From positions 98,084,001-98,148,000 of the forward strand of contig NC_043001.1 in assembly GCF_006345805.1 (NCBI RefSeq): a stretch of DNA of 64,000 nucleotides. Reading direction: 5' to 3'. The stretch is from Octopus sinensis (Eukaryota). Below, in pieces: positions 1-11,712 of the stretch. Within the stretch, counting starts at the first letter, position 1. Each line of letters opens with the position of its first letter. The notes under the pieces were generated by a model that worked only from the letters and a program-made list of their open reading frames with translations, did no database searches and had not been told where the DNA came from. Made by a program: the position numbers and the translations under genes.

Positions 1-477
1 TCATATATTTGCACTTCTCGTCATGTATATTCTATTATTTGTAAGCGCCATTTATAATAATTCAGCTCATGTGTGTTGTGGTTTTTAGAATACAGGCGAC
101 TACAAATGGGTAAATTAGGGAGCTTTTATTAACCCATTTAATTGCTTGTATCTCTCTGTTTATCTCGGATTGGAATTTCTGTTGCCATGGTTAAGACATG
201 ATTTACAAATATCTGCAATTTTTCGTTCTGGGGGAATATCCGATTTCTGCCAGTCATGTCTTGCTTACGTCAACTCATATCAATTTCTTGTAAAATGGTA
301 TGGATTGATTGATAGCAAGGTCCAAGATCTAAGTATCCAAGTATTAATCAGTCCCATGTCTTTGTATTAGAGATCGGTTGTGATATCCTAGTTTTCTTAC
401 ATCAAGAATTTATTGTAAAATATTCATGCACATACGTACAAATTTGTGTGTCTGCTTAAGAAGAATTTCTAAATACG

Positions 478-687
478 CTTTTACTCTCTTTTACTCTTCA
501 CTTGTTTCAGTCATTTGACTGTGGCCATGCAGGAGCACCGCCTTTAGTCGAGCAAATCGACCCCCAGGACCCAGGACTTATTCTTTGTAAGCCTACTACT
601 TACTTTATCGATCTATTTTTTGCCGAACTGCTAACTTACGAGGAGGTAAACACGCCAGCATTGGTTGTCAGGCGATGTTGGGGACAA

Positions 688-752
<65 letters not shown>

Positions 753-916
753 TATACGACGGGCCTCTTTCCGTTTCAATCAACCAAATCCACTCACAAG
801 GCTTTGGTCGGCTCGAGACTATAGGAGAAGACACTTGCCCAAGGTGCCACGCAGTGGGACTGAACCCGGAACCATGTGGTTCGTAAGCAAGTTATTTACC
901 ACACAATCACTCCTGC
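478..916 (-). mobile_element. tRNA-derived SINE, family A (CORE-like motif), full length, with internal (CA)n(TA)n
   Basis: Minus strand reads GCAGGAGTGATTGTGTGG (A-box-like), GGTTCAGTCCC (B-box-like), GGCACCTTGGGCAAGTGTC (CORE-like) and a tail ending GACTGAAACAAGTGAAGAGTAAAAGAG. The same sequence recurs at 4783, 17263, 21886, 32613 and 36533. Confidence 0.9.
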
Positions 917-1224
917 ATCATAATATTTGAATAATGCATTTAAAAAATTTTTTTTTTTTAGGAAGTAATATTGTATGCATAAAAACGTATAGAAGGAGAC
1001 GAAAGCAATTTTTGTAAAATACGTTATGAGAAACCTTCATGCGTGTTTTGAAAATGCTGTGAACAGAAAAAGTGATTAAGCAAAGACTTTCATTCATCAG
1101 GTGTGTATTAGACTGTTTTTAATTTCCCCATGCGCGTGTGGGATTATATACAATCTTATGCATTTGTCTGCAAGTGTGACTGTGTGGATGTATATATGCA
1201 TATGATACTGTTTGTATATGTGAA

Positions 1225-1489
1225 GGCGCGTGGCTCAGTGGTTAGAGCGTCGAGCTTACGATCGTGAGGCTGAGAATTCGATTCCCGGACGGGGCTGCGT
1301 GTTGTGTTCTTGAGCAAGACACTTTATTTCACGTTGCTCCATAATTTCCGCCGAGGTCGACTTTGCGTTTCATCCTCTCGAGATAGATAAATAAAGTACC
1401 ATTCGCACTGGAGTCGAGGTAATCGACTTAATCCCTTTGTCCTTGATTGTCCCTTCTATGTTTAGCCCCTTGTGGGCAGTAAAGAAATA
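1225..1489 (+). mobile_element. Chimeric SINE: family C tRNA head joined to family B 3' body
   Basis: Head GGCGCGTGGCTCAGTGGTTAGAGCGTCG..TTCGATTCCCGG..TTGTGTTCTTGAGCAAGACAC also occurs at 6459-6562. From about 1345 the sequence CCGAGGTCGACTTTGC..GTAAAGAAATA matches family B. Confidence 0.8.
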
Positions 1490-2315
1490 TATACTGTTTA
1501 TATATTAGAAACGACATTTTCCTAATTTATGACTTTATGTTATTTGACGGATATTTAGCTTTGGTTATAGAATCTATCATGTAAAGACTCAGCACAGTGA
1601 TTCCTACCTTCATTGGCTCGCGACCAGCAATTTAGGTTTTCTGCATCCTAAAATAGTCGTGATCATATAAAACTACGAAGTAATACTGTCAAAATCTACG
1701 TATCCACATTTTAAAATTTCGTAACCCTTTTTCGACAAATCACCAGCTTTCATTTTGAGATTTAAAGCCGAAGGCACCAACTACGAAATGAAATGAAAGA
1801 TAATCTCCAAAGCTAGACAGTATATTAAAGGTTATATATTTCTTAAAGAACAGAAGAGCCTCAAGCTACCACATAAATTCCAAATTTGGAAACGAGATTT
1901 TATCTGTTGTGTCCAATTTTTAAGAAATACATTTTAGCAGAATCTAAAAATAGGCCAACAGACATATAGTAAGCCATTAACATTGTATTATGTCCTATGA
2001 CATTATTTATGGCAATGCTCGTTATCTCCCTCGTGTTTTCATTTCGTTTTCTTCTTTATCAACGTTCCTTGTTTAAACGTCATCTGCTGAAGTAACTGAC
2101 AAACGGACTTATTCTCAGCTTGGAAAATGAAGAAATAAATTGATATTTCGACGAGGAAAACTCGAGTAGCTGTATTTAACACAAATTGTGGCTTTATTGT
2201 AACATTACATTTACTCTCATAGCAGATCGAGTGCTATTCTACTTGTTGAAGCCTTACCACATAATGTGCGTGCGTAGGTAAGGAATATAAGTATGTTTAT
2301 ATATAAGTATGTTTT

Positions 2316-2400
<85 letters not shown>

Positions 2401-2714
2401 ATATGTATACATACGCACGCACACGCAGACATCTGTGAATTAATATAAGGTAAATATAGCATATATTCGTTATTCGAAGCATATAAAGCACATGATATAA
2501 ATACCTAGAACTGATAACAAGTTGAGATCATGTGTACTTTCATTGATTACATTTCTTGTTTACATGAATGAATACAATGTTGCCTGAGTTCTTATGCAAT
2601 TATACCATTCATACGTGCGCATGTGCATGTGTAGATGTGTATGTAATCATGTCATATGTGCCTATACCCATATATATATCAATGTCGATGTATACATATA
2701 CATACATACATACA

Positions 2715-2716
<2 letters not shown>

Positions 2717-2787
<71 letters not shown>
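2717..2787. repeat. (TATC)n microsatellite; similar arrays at about 10137-10225, 11617-11712, 43892-43973, 50430-50495, 52522-52770 and 62875-63085
   Basis: Direct reading of tandem TATC/GATA units. Confidence 0.95.
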
Positions 2788-2789
<2 letters not shown>

Positions 2790-2848
2790 ATATATATATA
2801 AATATATATAAAGGGATTTGTATGATTGTGTATAGAAGGATGTATTTT

Positions 2849-2997
2849 ATTCAAAGGAATTCCAACTTAGTCTGTTTTTTTATGTTTTCATTTTACTATG
2901 TATACTATTTATACTATATACTCAATATTCTACATTAACATTATAAAGAATATAAATAAAACATAAAAAAACAGGCAGAGTTGGAATTCCTTTGAAT
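2849..2997. repeat. Small fold-back/MITE-like element with about 40-bp inverted arms
   Basis: ATTCAAAGGAATTCCAACT..TGTTTTTTTATGTTTT (2849-2888) is nearly the reverse complement of AAAACATAAAAAAACA..AGTTGGAATTCCTTTGAAT (2958-2997). Confidence 0.75.
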
Positions 2998-3520
2998 GAT
3001 ATATATATATATATATATATACATATAATGTATGTATATATGTAAATATTGTTATACATACTTCTTTATATCAATGTAGATAAACCACATGTTGATTTTT
3101 ATTTTGTTATAACAGATTTTTTATTTGTTATATTTTAATATGCGAACTATGATTAGATAGATAAAAATTCTGCTTTAGACTTCATTAATATTAATCTCGA
3201 TTGATATGGTTTAAACATTCATGGAAGCAACACACGCGCGTGCACGTGCACAAACACGCACCCACTCACACATGTACAGGATGGCGAATCTGAATCGTTC
3301 GCACGCAAAATGCTTAGCGTCTTCGTCCGTCTTTGCACGTTCAGATTTCAGCCTCCACCAGGATAGACTTTACTTTTCACCCTTGAGGATCGATAAAAAA
3401 ATTACCAGTTGAACACTGTGCCAATATTTGAAACTAAGATACAAACGTACACACACACCCTCATACACACACACTCACAGGTAAATATACATAATGTTTT
3501 CAAGGAGGTGGCTGAGTAAT

Positions 3521-3556
3521 CTTTGACGTTTTGCCTATGGAACCCTCATCAGAACG
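3521..3556 (-). ncRNA. Decayed minimal hammerhead ribozyme motif (Penelope-type)
   Basis: Minus strand CGTT CTGATGA GGGTTCCATAGGC AAAAC GTC AAAG. The CUGAUGA core and GUC triplet are present; G12 is lost (consistent with CpG decay) and stem II is imperfect. Confidence 0.45.
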
Positions 3557-3800
3557 TTGTGGGCCAGGAGATTTTGAAGCAGTTGTCAATCATTTCCGTG
3601 CTAAAAATAACGTAAAACTGGAACACACAACGGAAACTTTATGAATAAATTGTGTCATTTAAGTTCAAGCCGTTTTATATATATATGAGAATAGAGAGAA
3701 ATGGTTGTATGATATAACTTGCAACCACTTTTGAGAAATAAAATGAAGTTCCCCTTTTAATCATTTGCATTTAAATGTCTTTTGACAGCATATTATTGGA

Positions 3801-3900
3801 NNNNNNNNNNNNNNNNNNNNNNNNNNNNNNNNNNNNNNNNNNNNNNNNNNNNNNNNNNNNNNNNNNNNNNNNNNNNNNNNNNNNNNNNNNNNNNNNNNNN
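3801..3900. other. Assembly gap (100 N)
   Basis: Run of exactly 100 N, typical of a fixed-size scaffolding gap. Confidence 0.99.
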
Positions 3901-4597
3901 CATCTTAAACCCATGACGGAAAGAAATGGCCATAAGAATTTATTGGAATCGAACTCAAACCTCACATTTTCCCGATAAGTGACCTTACCGATTACACCAT
4001 CATACTTATGAGTTCCTTCCGTTACTTTTAGGAACTATTATGTCATAGCGGTAAGTGTGTAAACATGTGCCTAATCTACGTAAGTTAAAAAAATGTGACG
4101 GGTGAAAATTTTGTAAATATAATTACCAGCTTTCACCGCATATTTTAGGTATAGAAAATATGCTAATATTGGGGCATATCAAACCATGACTGAGAATAAT
4201 GCTTCTTGGTACGCGTAGAAAACGATATATACGAAAGAAACTTATAATTCTATAATTCTATAATCACATCCACAAAGTTTTTACTCGTCACCGTTTTTTT
4301 AACGTACGCAGGACATGCACATGTTTCCACACGTAGAGCTAACAAATCATATTTCTTAAATTTAAGGAAACGCAAATAGGTGGGTATGCTTGTGTAATCA
4401 ATTAGCACATTTGTCGCGAAAATAAGAGACGTGGGTTCGATTCACTCGCCTACTACTAGCCATTTGTCGCCTTCGTGTACTTAAATACCTCAATGTTACA
4501 GTACTTACTGTAGTCAATAAATACGGGAAAACGTATGTCCATATTTACAAAGATTTATTGGTCACCGTTTCTCAACTTACGCAGAATATATATATAT

Positions 4598-4636
<39 letters not shown>

Positions 4637-4723
4637 TATATGTGTGTGGGTGGTGTGTGTGTGCATGCATATATATATATTATATATATATATATAGATA
4701 TTATATATACACACACACACACA

Positions 4724-4773
<50 letters not shown>

Positions 4774-4782
4774 ATATATATA

Positions 4783-4908
4783 GGCGAAGGAGTGGATGTG
4801 TGGTAAGTAGTTGCGTACCAACCATATAGTTCCAGGTTCATTCCCACTGCATAGCACTTTGGGCAAGTGTCTTCTGAGTATAGGCTCGGGCCGACCAAAG
4901 CCCGTTGT
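4783..4908 (+). mobile_element. SINE family A, 5' half, with an uninterrupted (empty-site) head
   Basis: GGAGTGGATGTGTGGTAAGTAGTTGCGTACCAACCATATAGTTCCAGGTTCATTCCC..GGGCAAGTGTCTTCT; truncated into (TA)n. Confidence 0.85.
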
Positions 4909-4914
4909 GTATAT

Positions 4915-4939
<25 letters not shown>

Positions 4940-4956
<17 letters not shown>

Positions 4957-5042
4957 CCAAACATGAAAACACAAAGAGAAAACACAACAACGCGAGGACG
5001 TGGAACAAGTATAGTGTTATTGAACGCTCAGGAAAGGAAGGG
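4940..5042 (-). mobile_element. Fragment of the (TA)n-associated short element family seen at 30262-30462 (Penelope pLTR-like)
   Basis: Reverse complement aligns by eye to 30380-30460 (TTTCCTGAG..TTGTTCCACGTC..GCGTTGTTGTG..TGTTTGGATTAA). Confidence 0.7.
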
Positions 5043-5720
5043 TGTGTGCCTGTATGCTGTTCGGTCAACATACTTTGCCGGTCATATCGTGGCTAGTGCG
5101 ATGTATCTTCAAGTCAATCCATCGTTACTAAGGCAAAAATACCGCACTGGTCATAAATTCGTTCTTAAACAAGATATTAAATTCACGATGCAAAATGCGT
5201 ATTTTCTCTTTTTGCTGTATATTGAAAATGTCAGAAATAAAGAAACTTAGAATATAGTGCATCATAATTTTCGTAGCATCGTAAATTACTTTAATTGCAG
5301 TTGATTTTTCTCTTTATTTCCTTCATGTTGCTGAAGATTTTAAAAGAGCTGAAAAACAACCTACAATGTCTCATAACCTTTAATATGGCCATATATATTA
5401 CACACTTATTTAGAACTTATTTAATATGATTTATTGATAATATTTATCAAGATGTAAACAAAAACTGAAACTGATAAACGAAAGTTGATAACAAAAAAAT
5501 ACACATATTAGCATTTCTGGATATGACTAACTGCTTCCAAAAAATTACTATTTTGTTCAAGTGTCGTCAGTGTTACCGCAACTCCGGAATAGACTCCTTG
5601 CAAAGCTACGTACTAGTGGCCGTGTGTACGTTGCAATGCTATGCATTGGGTTTCGCATATATACTTTCCAAATTTATATTTTGGAACACGTATTTACATT
5701 TCAAAAATTGTGACCATGTA

Positions 5721-6220
5721 CCGTAAATCTTCGAGTATAGTCCGCCCTTGAGTATAATACGCAGGGGATATTTACGGGGCTGTACCTCTGAAAAACCTAA
5801 ACCTTGTGTGTAATACACACCTCTTCTCTAACTTGAGTCAAGGAAGTCTATATAACGTCCTTGGTTTGTAAAAATGTATACGGTAACGTCCTTTATCATT
5901 ATTGTATATATAACATAATGCAAATGTGTAGCTTTTTGTACATTTTGTTTGTAGAAAATAAAGAAATAACAATAATAAATGCTGCTTACTACAAGTTATG
6001 GATTATTCTTTTATGACTTCATTGCTTTCATGTATTTTCAAGGTATTTTCGTAGCCGATATCACAAAATGCATCTGAATAAACATAGCCAAACAACAAAT
6101 AGAGACTCGGACATTGCTCAGAGAATATTTTTCATTTTTAACCGCGTATATAGTACGCACTAGGTATTTTGACCTTTAAATTTTGGGAAATAAATGCGGA
6201 TTATACTCGAGGATTTACAG
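5721..6220. mobile_element. 500-bp Tc1/mariner-superfamily MITE (Tc2/Kanga-like CCGTA ends) with TA TSD
   Basis: Left TIR CCGTAAATCTTCGAGTATAGTCCGC (5721-5745) versus reverse complement of right TIR CTGTAAATCCTCGAGTATAATCCGC (6196-6220): 22/25 match. TA at 5719-20 and 6221-22. Confidence 0.85.
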
Positions 6221-6284
6221 TATGCAGTATTTTAAATTTTTTGCAGAAGACAGGAATTTCGTGGTGGTGGGGATTAACTGATTA

Positions 6285-6432
6285 CATCGACCTCAGTACT
6301 GAACTAGTATTTACTTTATCGATTACAAAAGGATTAAAGGAAAAGTCAACTTCAGCAGGATTTGAACTTAGATCGTAAAGCCGGAAGTGCTGTTAAGCGC
6401 ATTTTGCCCTAAGGTTTAGCGATCTGCCACCT
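6285..6432 (-). mobile_element. Degraded SINE family B
   Basis: Contains ATCGACCTCAGTAC..TTTATCGA..AAAAGTCAACTTCAGCAGGATTTGAACTTAGA matching the family B minus strand. Confidence 0.7.
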
Positions 6433-6458
6433 TGCTGCATTAGACCCTTATATATATA

Positions 6459-6562
6459 AGGTGGTTAGAAGCGTCGAGCTTACGATCACGAGGTTGTGAG
6501 TTCCAATCCCGGACCCGGCTACGTGTTGTGTTCTTGAGCAAGACACTTTATTTCACGTTGCT
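6459..6562 (+). mobile_element. SINE family C head fragment
   Basis: GTGGTTAGAAGCGTCGAGCTTACGATCACGAGG..GTGTTCTTGAGCAAGACACTTTATTTCACGTTGCTC, near-identical to 1240-1338. Confidence 0.8.
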
Positions 6563-7466
6563 CAAGTGTATGGAGCCGCACACAAGTGTACGAGTGGTTC
6601 AGACGTTTCCAAGTTGGCCGAGAAAATATCTACATGCATATATAAATACATAAATATATATGCATAATATATGTATATATATTTATATTTATGTATATAT
6701 ATATATAAATATATATACATGATATACATATATGTATCGTATCTATGCACGTGTATATACTATACATACATTACATATATATAATATTTATAATATATAT
6801 ATGATATTTTTATCTTATTTTATTTATTTTTCAATTAGCTATTGTTATACACACCGTGACTTATCCTTACTTTTTAATCTCTTTTCATATCCGTTATACA
6901 TTTTATGGCTTTGCAATTTTAATTTTTTATCTTTACTTTGTTTATTTTATGAATTTTTATTAAAATTTTATTGAAAAAACATTTTAGTATTTTATTCATT
7001 GTTATTAATATTATTTATTATTTTATCTTATAATATAATATAGTATTTTTACATCTATATATCCACTTATATACAGGTGAAATTTCTTTAAATTGTGGGG
7101 GAGGTGTAGCTTCTCTTAATAAAACTCATGATAAAATATAATGCAATATGGTGTTTATATTTTTACTTATAAATGTGCTTATATATATATATATATTTCA
7201 GAAATTCTATTACGTTTTAGAGGCATATATATATATATATAAATTAGAAAAAAACTACCATTTATCAATTCAATAATGAAAACTTTAATTATACCATTTA
7301 GAAAAATGACCTATTATACAAAGATAAAACATATAACAATGATTAAATAATGTGCAAAATAATAAATAAAACGTATATATTTGGTAGAATGTATTATATT
7401 TTGTGAAATTTGATTTACTATTTCTAAATTCAACTTTTCCCAGTAAGTTTGGAATAATATTCCCTC

Positions 7467-7518
<52 letters not shown>

Positions 7519-7519
7519 C

Positions 7520-7900
7520 ATATAACTAATTTAGGATAAAATTTTTTTCGGGAAAAATATTTTATCAATGGCCAGCATATCAAAAAACAACTTTAAAGAT
7601 TGAATTTATAAATAATTTACAATATAAGGGCAAACGAAAAATTCTAATGCCAAGTATGCCGAAAAAAAGACAAAAATTGTCAATTAGCCATTATAATTTA
7701 TGCGTCTCGAAACAAACCGGTAGAAATTTCTTAAAAATTCGTTATTACCGCATTGGACAAATTTCGGAGTTAATTCATAAGAATTTTCTCCTCTTCAGCA
7801 GCAAATACGCGAGATATAAGTGAAATACTTACTCATACCCATGGAAAAAGCAAACACCAAGTCCTGAGCAGGACATACTTTTTCGGCATACTTATATTGT
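7520..7900 (+). mobile_element. Unclassified (TA)n-embedded interspersed element; inverted copy at 58549-58730
   Basis: TAGGATAAAATTT..TTATCAATGGCCAGCATAT..ATAAGGGCAAACGAAAAATT..TATGCCGAAAA is found reverse-complemented near 58.6-58.7 kb. Both copies are flanked by (TA)n. Confidence 0.7.
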
Positions 7901-7904
7901 AAGT

Positions 7905-7963
<59 letters not shown>

Positions 7964-8519
7964 CATACGATAGTTCTTTGCATATATGTGTGGTATTTTT
8001 ATATCTTCTTATATTTTATATTTTTATATCTCTTATATCATTTCATGCTGTTTTCATAATGTTGGTAATTTTTATATAAAAAATATTTTTCTTAAGTTTT
8101 TAAAATAAGTTTACCTGATATACAAATATCTTATTTTTAGCCTTTAATCTCTGGTTTTGACTCAATATGTACTCCAACTCTGATGATATATTATTTTGAG
8201 TACAGGTTTATTGTTGAATAGTGTTAACACGACCACATTAGCAATACGCTAGAAAATGCCCCTATAAACTTTCTCTTGTATGTTAAAGTAATCCATCCAC
8301 TATTAAGGTTTAAGCTGATTTAGCTGTCCTTTTTCACTTACATGCTTCTAATATCCTTCTGAAAATGTTAATATAATATATAAATATTTGCTACCTTAAG
8401 ATCACCTCATTACATTCACCATTATTTCCCACACTTGAAACTGATTGTGACCTCTTTTAGACGTGAGTCTAAAAACAGCAACACTAGATATGAAGCTGCA
8501 GTGTGGGACAAACGAAGAC

Positions 8520-8971
8520 ACAAAGTCACAATCCATATATACATGTACACACGCATATATATATATATTCGCGTGTGCATGTATATGTATGTATTGTGAC
8601 CTTCACACCTACACATACATAAACACACGTCCAGACCACCAGCCCTTTTTCACACGCACATACATAATCTCTTATACACACACGCACCTTTGTGTTGGTG
8701 GCTCCTCTGAGTTGGGGGTCATCTTTACCTTGTTACCTCCCCCACTTTCCTTCTCCTGTCTAACCCCTCTGTCCGGCACTAGTCGCCATGATAGATCGTT
8801 AGTCACTACACACAATTTTTTTCTCTCCTTGTTTTTTCTGTGTAACTTTCTGTAGAAGAGCGTAGGCTCGAAACGTAAAAGACTTTTTTCTATTCCTGAG
8901 CGTTATTTACTAACACATCTGTGTGTTTTGTACACCACATGTCTTCGTCTATTGCCTTTTTCGTAAACTCT

Positions 8972-8975
<4 letters not shown>
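8520..8975 (+). mobile_element. Penelope-like pLTR remnant ending in (TA)n
   Basis: Pyrimidine-rich body containing a hammerhead-like motif at 8846-8881, shared with 36890-37050. Confidence 0.55.
8846..8881 (+). ncRNA. Minimal type I hammerhead-like motif with variant core CUGUAGA
   Basis: CTTT CTGTAGA A GAGC GTAG GCTC GAAAC GTA AAAG: helix I CUUU/AAAG, helix II GAGC/GCUC, GAAA present, GUA triplet. Confidence 0.55.
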
Positions 8976-9055
<80 letters not shown>

Positions 9056-9249
9056 TTATATATACGTATATTATTACATATGCCGCACACACGCACACAC
9101 ACCACACATATATATATATATAATATATATTCTATTCAAATTTTAAGAGATCCACAAATATTTAAGTTACGTTGTTTTTCATTTAAACTTAATTTAAAGG
9201 AATATCATATCGGGAGGATATGTGTGTGTGTATGCATATATATATACAT

Positions 9250-9286
<37 letters not shown>

Positions 9287-9478
9287 CACATATGTACATA
9301 TGCATCAAAATTTATACACACAATCATAGACACACACACAGACATACACATATATATAGAGAGAGAGATAGACAGATTGATAGATAGATAGAGAGAGAGA
9401 TATATATAAATAGACACATAGAGTTTGATAGATATCTAAATATTCATATGTACACACACACACACATATATATATTTA

Positions 9479-9510
<32 letters not shown>

Positions 9511-9514
9511 AGCG

Positions 9515-9547
<33 letters not shown>

Positions 9548-9715
9548 GTGCATGTGTATGGAGGAGCGAAGGCTAAGTTTAGAATATTGAATGATAGAGA
9601 GACAGGCAGTCACAGAGGTACCAAACAGATTGGAAGTTAATTAAATAGAACCAGTATAAGTCAGACAAACAAAACACCCGCACCTTATCTACTCACACAA
9701 ACAAACATACTTACC

Positions 9716-9801
9716 AACATACATACATACATACATACATACATACATACATACATACATACATACATACATACATACATACATGCATGCATGCATGCAT
9801 G

Positions 9802-9830
<29 letters not shown>
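9716..9830. repeat. (ATAC)n/(ATGC)n microsatellite
   Basis: Direct reading. Confidence 0.95.
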
Positions 9831-9832
<2 letters not shown>

Positions 9833-10136
9833 CAGTAGGAAAGAAATATTAAAGTATATTATGGACGTGTGTGTATGTGCGCGTGTGTATGTAAGTACGC
9901 CGTATATGTGCATATGCATATATACAGACTCACAAACATATATATTTATACATAAACATATATATATATATGTGTACACATAGATACAGAAATATTTATT
10001 TATCTATCTATGTATAAAAATAAATAGATAGATAGATAACTTTGTTTATTGACCACACAGGGCTGAACACAGAGGGGACAAATACAAATGTAGAGCTTTT
10101 CTTTTCGAAGATGGAAAAACGAAAAAGCAAACAAAG

Positions 10137-10224
<88 letters not shown>

Positions 10225-10513
10225 GATTCACTCACTGACAGCCTCTTATAAACACTGTTTCCAGAGACGTAATATCGCTGACAAATTATGCTATTACTCT
10301 ATGTAACTTCGGCTAAAGGGATTTGCTCCATAATAGCAACTAATTTTACTTCGTCTCCATCACAGAATCCCTCTTAGAAAAGCATAAAAACAGTCCGCAA
10401 TAGGCAATAAACTATATATTATCTCGAAAACAAGTAATGAAGTATATGTTGGTATATAAGTGTGCGATTGTATTTGTATATATATACATACACACATACA
10501 TATACATACATAC

Positions 10514-10559
<46 letters not shown>

Positions 10560-10707
10560 ATATATAAATATTATATACATATAGACACATACGTATATAT
10601 ATATACACATATATATATATGTGTGTATATATATGTATGCATACATATATATATATACATGCACACATATATGCATATATATATACATACAATATATATA
10701 CATAAAA

Positions 10708-10755
<48 letters not shown>

Positions 10756-10786
10756 CATATATATACGCATACATATATATACATAC

Positions 10787-10839
<53 letters not shown>

Positions 10840-11626
10840 CATACATACACACAAACATACATTTGAACACAAAGTTATTTTAAAATAGCAAAATGCCAGT
10901 TAAAGATTGTTTTGTTTTTTGCGTTCCTCTTGTTTCGGACTTTATAATAGTTTTCCCCTTTTTTTTTTTCTTTTTTTTGGGATGTTTGTTCGCTATTTGT
11001 TTTAAAGCAATGAATATCTTGAGCTAGACTAGTCCATTGATTTGGCATTCTGGTCAAATAGAGACAATAGATAGAAACATCTTCAGTTATATAAATCAAG
11101 AACTATAGTAATAGTTAATCTTATTTGATTATTTTATCAAGCTATGATCGAAATCAGCTGCTTTGCTATTCAGACAGTGTGGAGACTAAAGATTTCGCCG
11201 GTCGTAAAATAGAGATATTTTGTTTTTGTTGTTGTTGCTGTAATTGTTGTTGTTTAGTAGGTAATTTCGTGTCTGTTGTTGTTTGTGGTTCCCACTGGTG
11301 TTTTGTTGTTGATATTAAGGTTATTTGTTTTTTTTTATTAATTTCATTTTTATTCTTTCTCATTTTTTGTTTACATTTTTCTTTGCTTTTTTTGTTTTCT
11401 TATTGTTACATCTGTTTTGTGAGGGTTTTACTGCTGCGGGAGCGGGTATGTATGTCTATGAGTTTATGACTATCTGTTTGGCTGCTATGTTTAGTGTATG
11501 CAAATGGAAGGGTGTCTTTGTGTAGGTGTATGCATATATATATATATATTTATGTGTGTGTGTGTGTATGTGTGTGTCTAAGTAAGACGAAGCGAGATAG
11601 AGAATGATACACAAATAGATAGATAA

Positions 11627-11712
<86 letters not shown>

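Noticed and set aside
1225-1300. tRNA-like sequences here and at about 3915-3995, 4380-4460, 27043 and 42651
   Set aside because: They have A/B-box-like motifs but no complete cloverleaf and run into SINE bodies; treated as SINE heads or relics, not tRNA genes.
1608-1647. Possible 40-nt minus-strand exon (TTTTAG..GAAG/GTAGG)
   Set aside because: Only one open frame, no recognisable peptide and no partner exons; expected by chance in 64 kb.
2223-2277. Possible plus-strand micro-exon ending AG/GTAAGG
   Set aside because: No homology recognised and no supporting neighbouring exons.
3771-3978. ORFs spanning X runs
   Set aside because: Artefacts of the 100-N gap; adjacency across the gap is uncertain.
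11125-11469. Poly-Q / poly-C ORFs (11125-11469 plus, 11166-11363 minus)
   Set aside because: Derived from a (GTT)n low-complexity tract.
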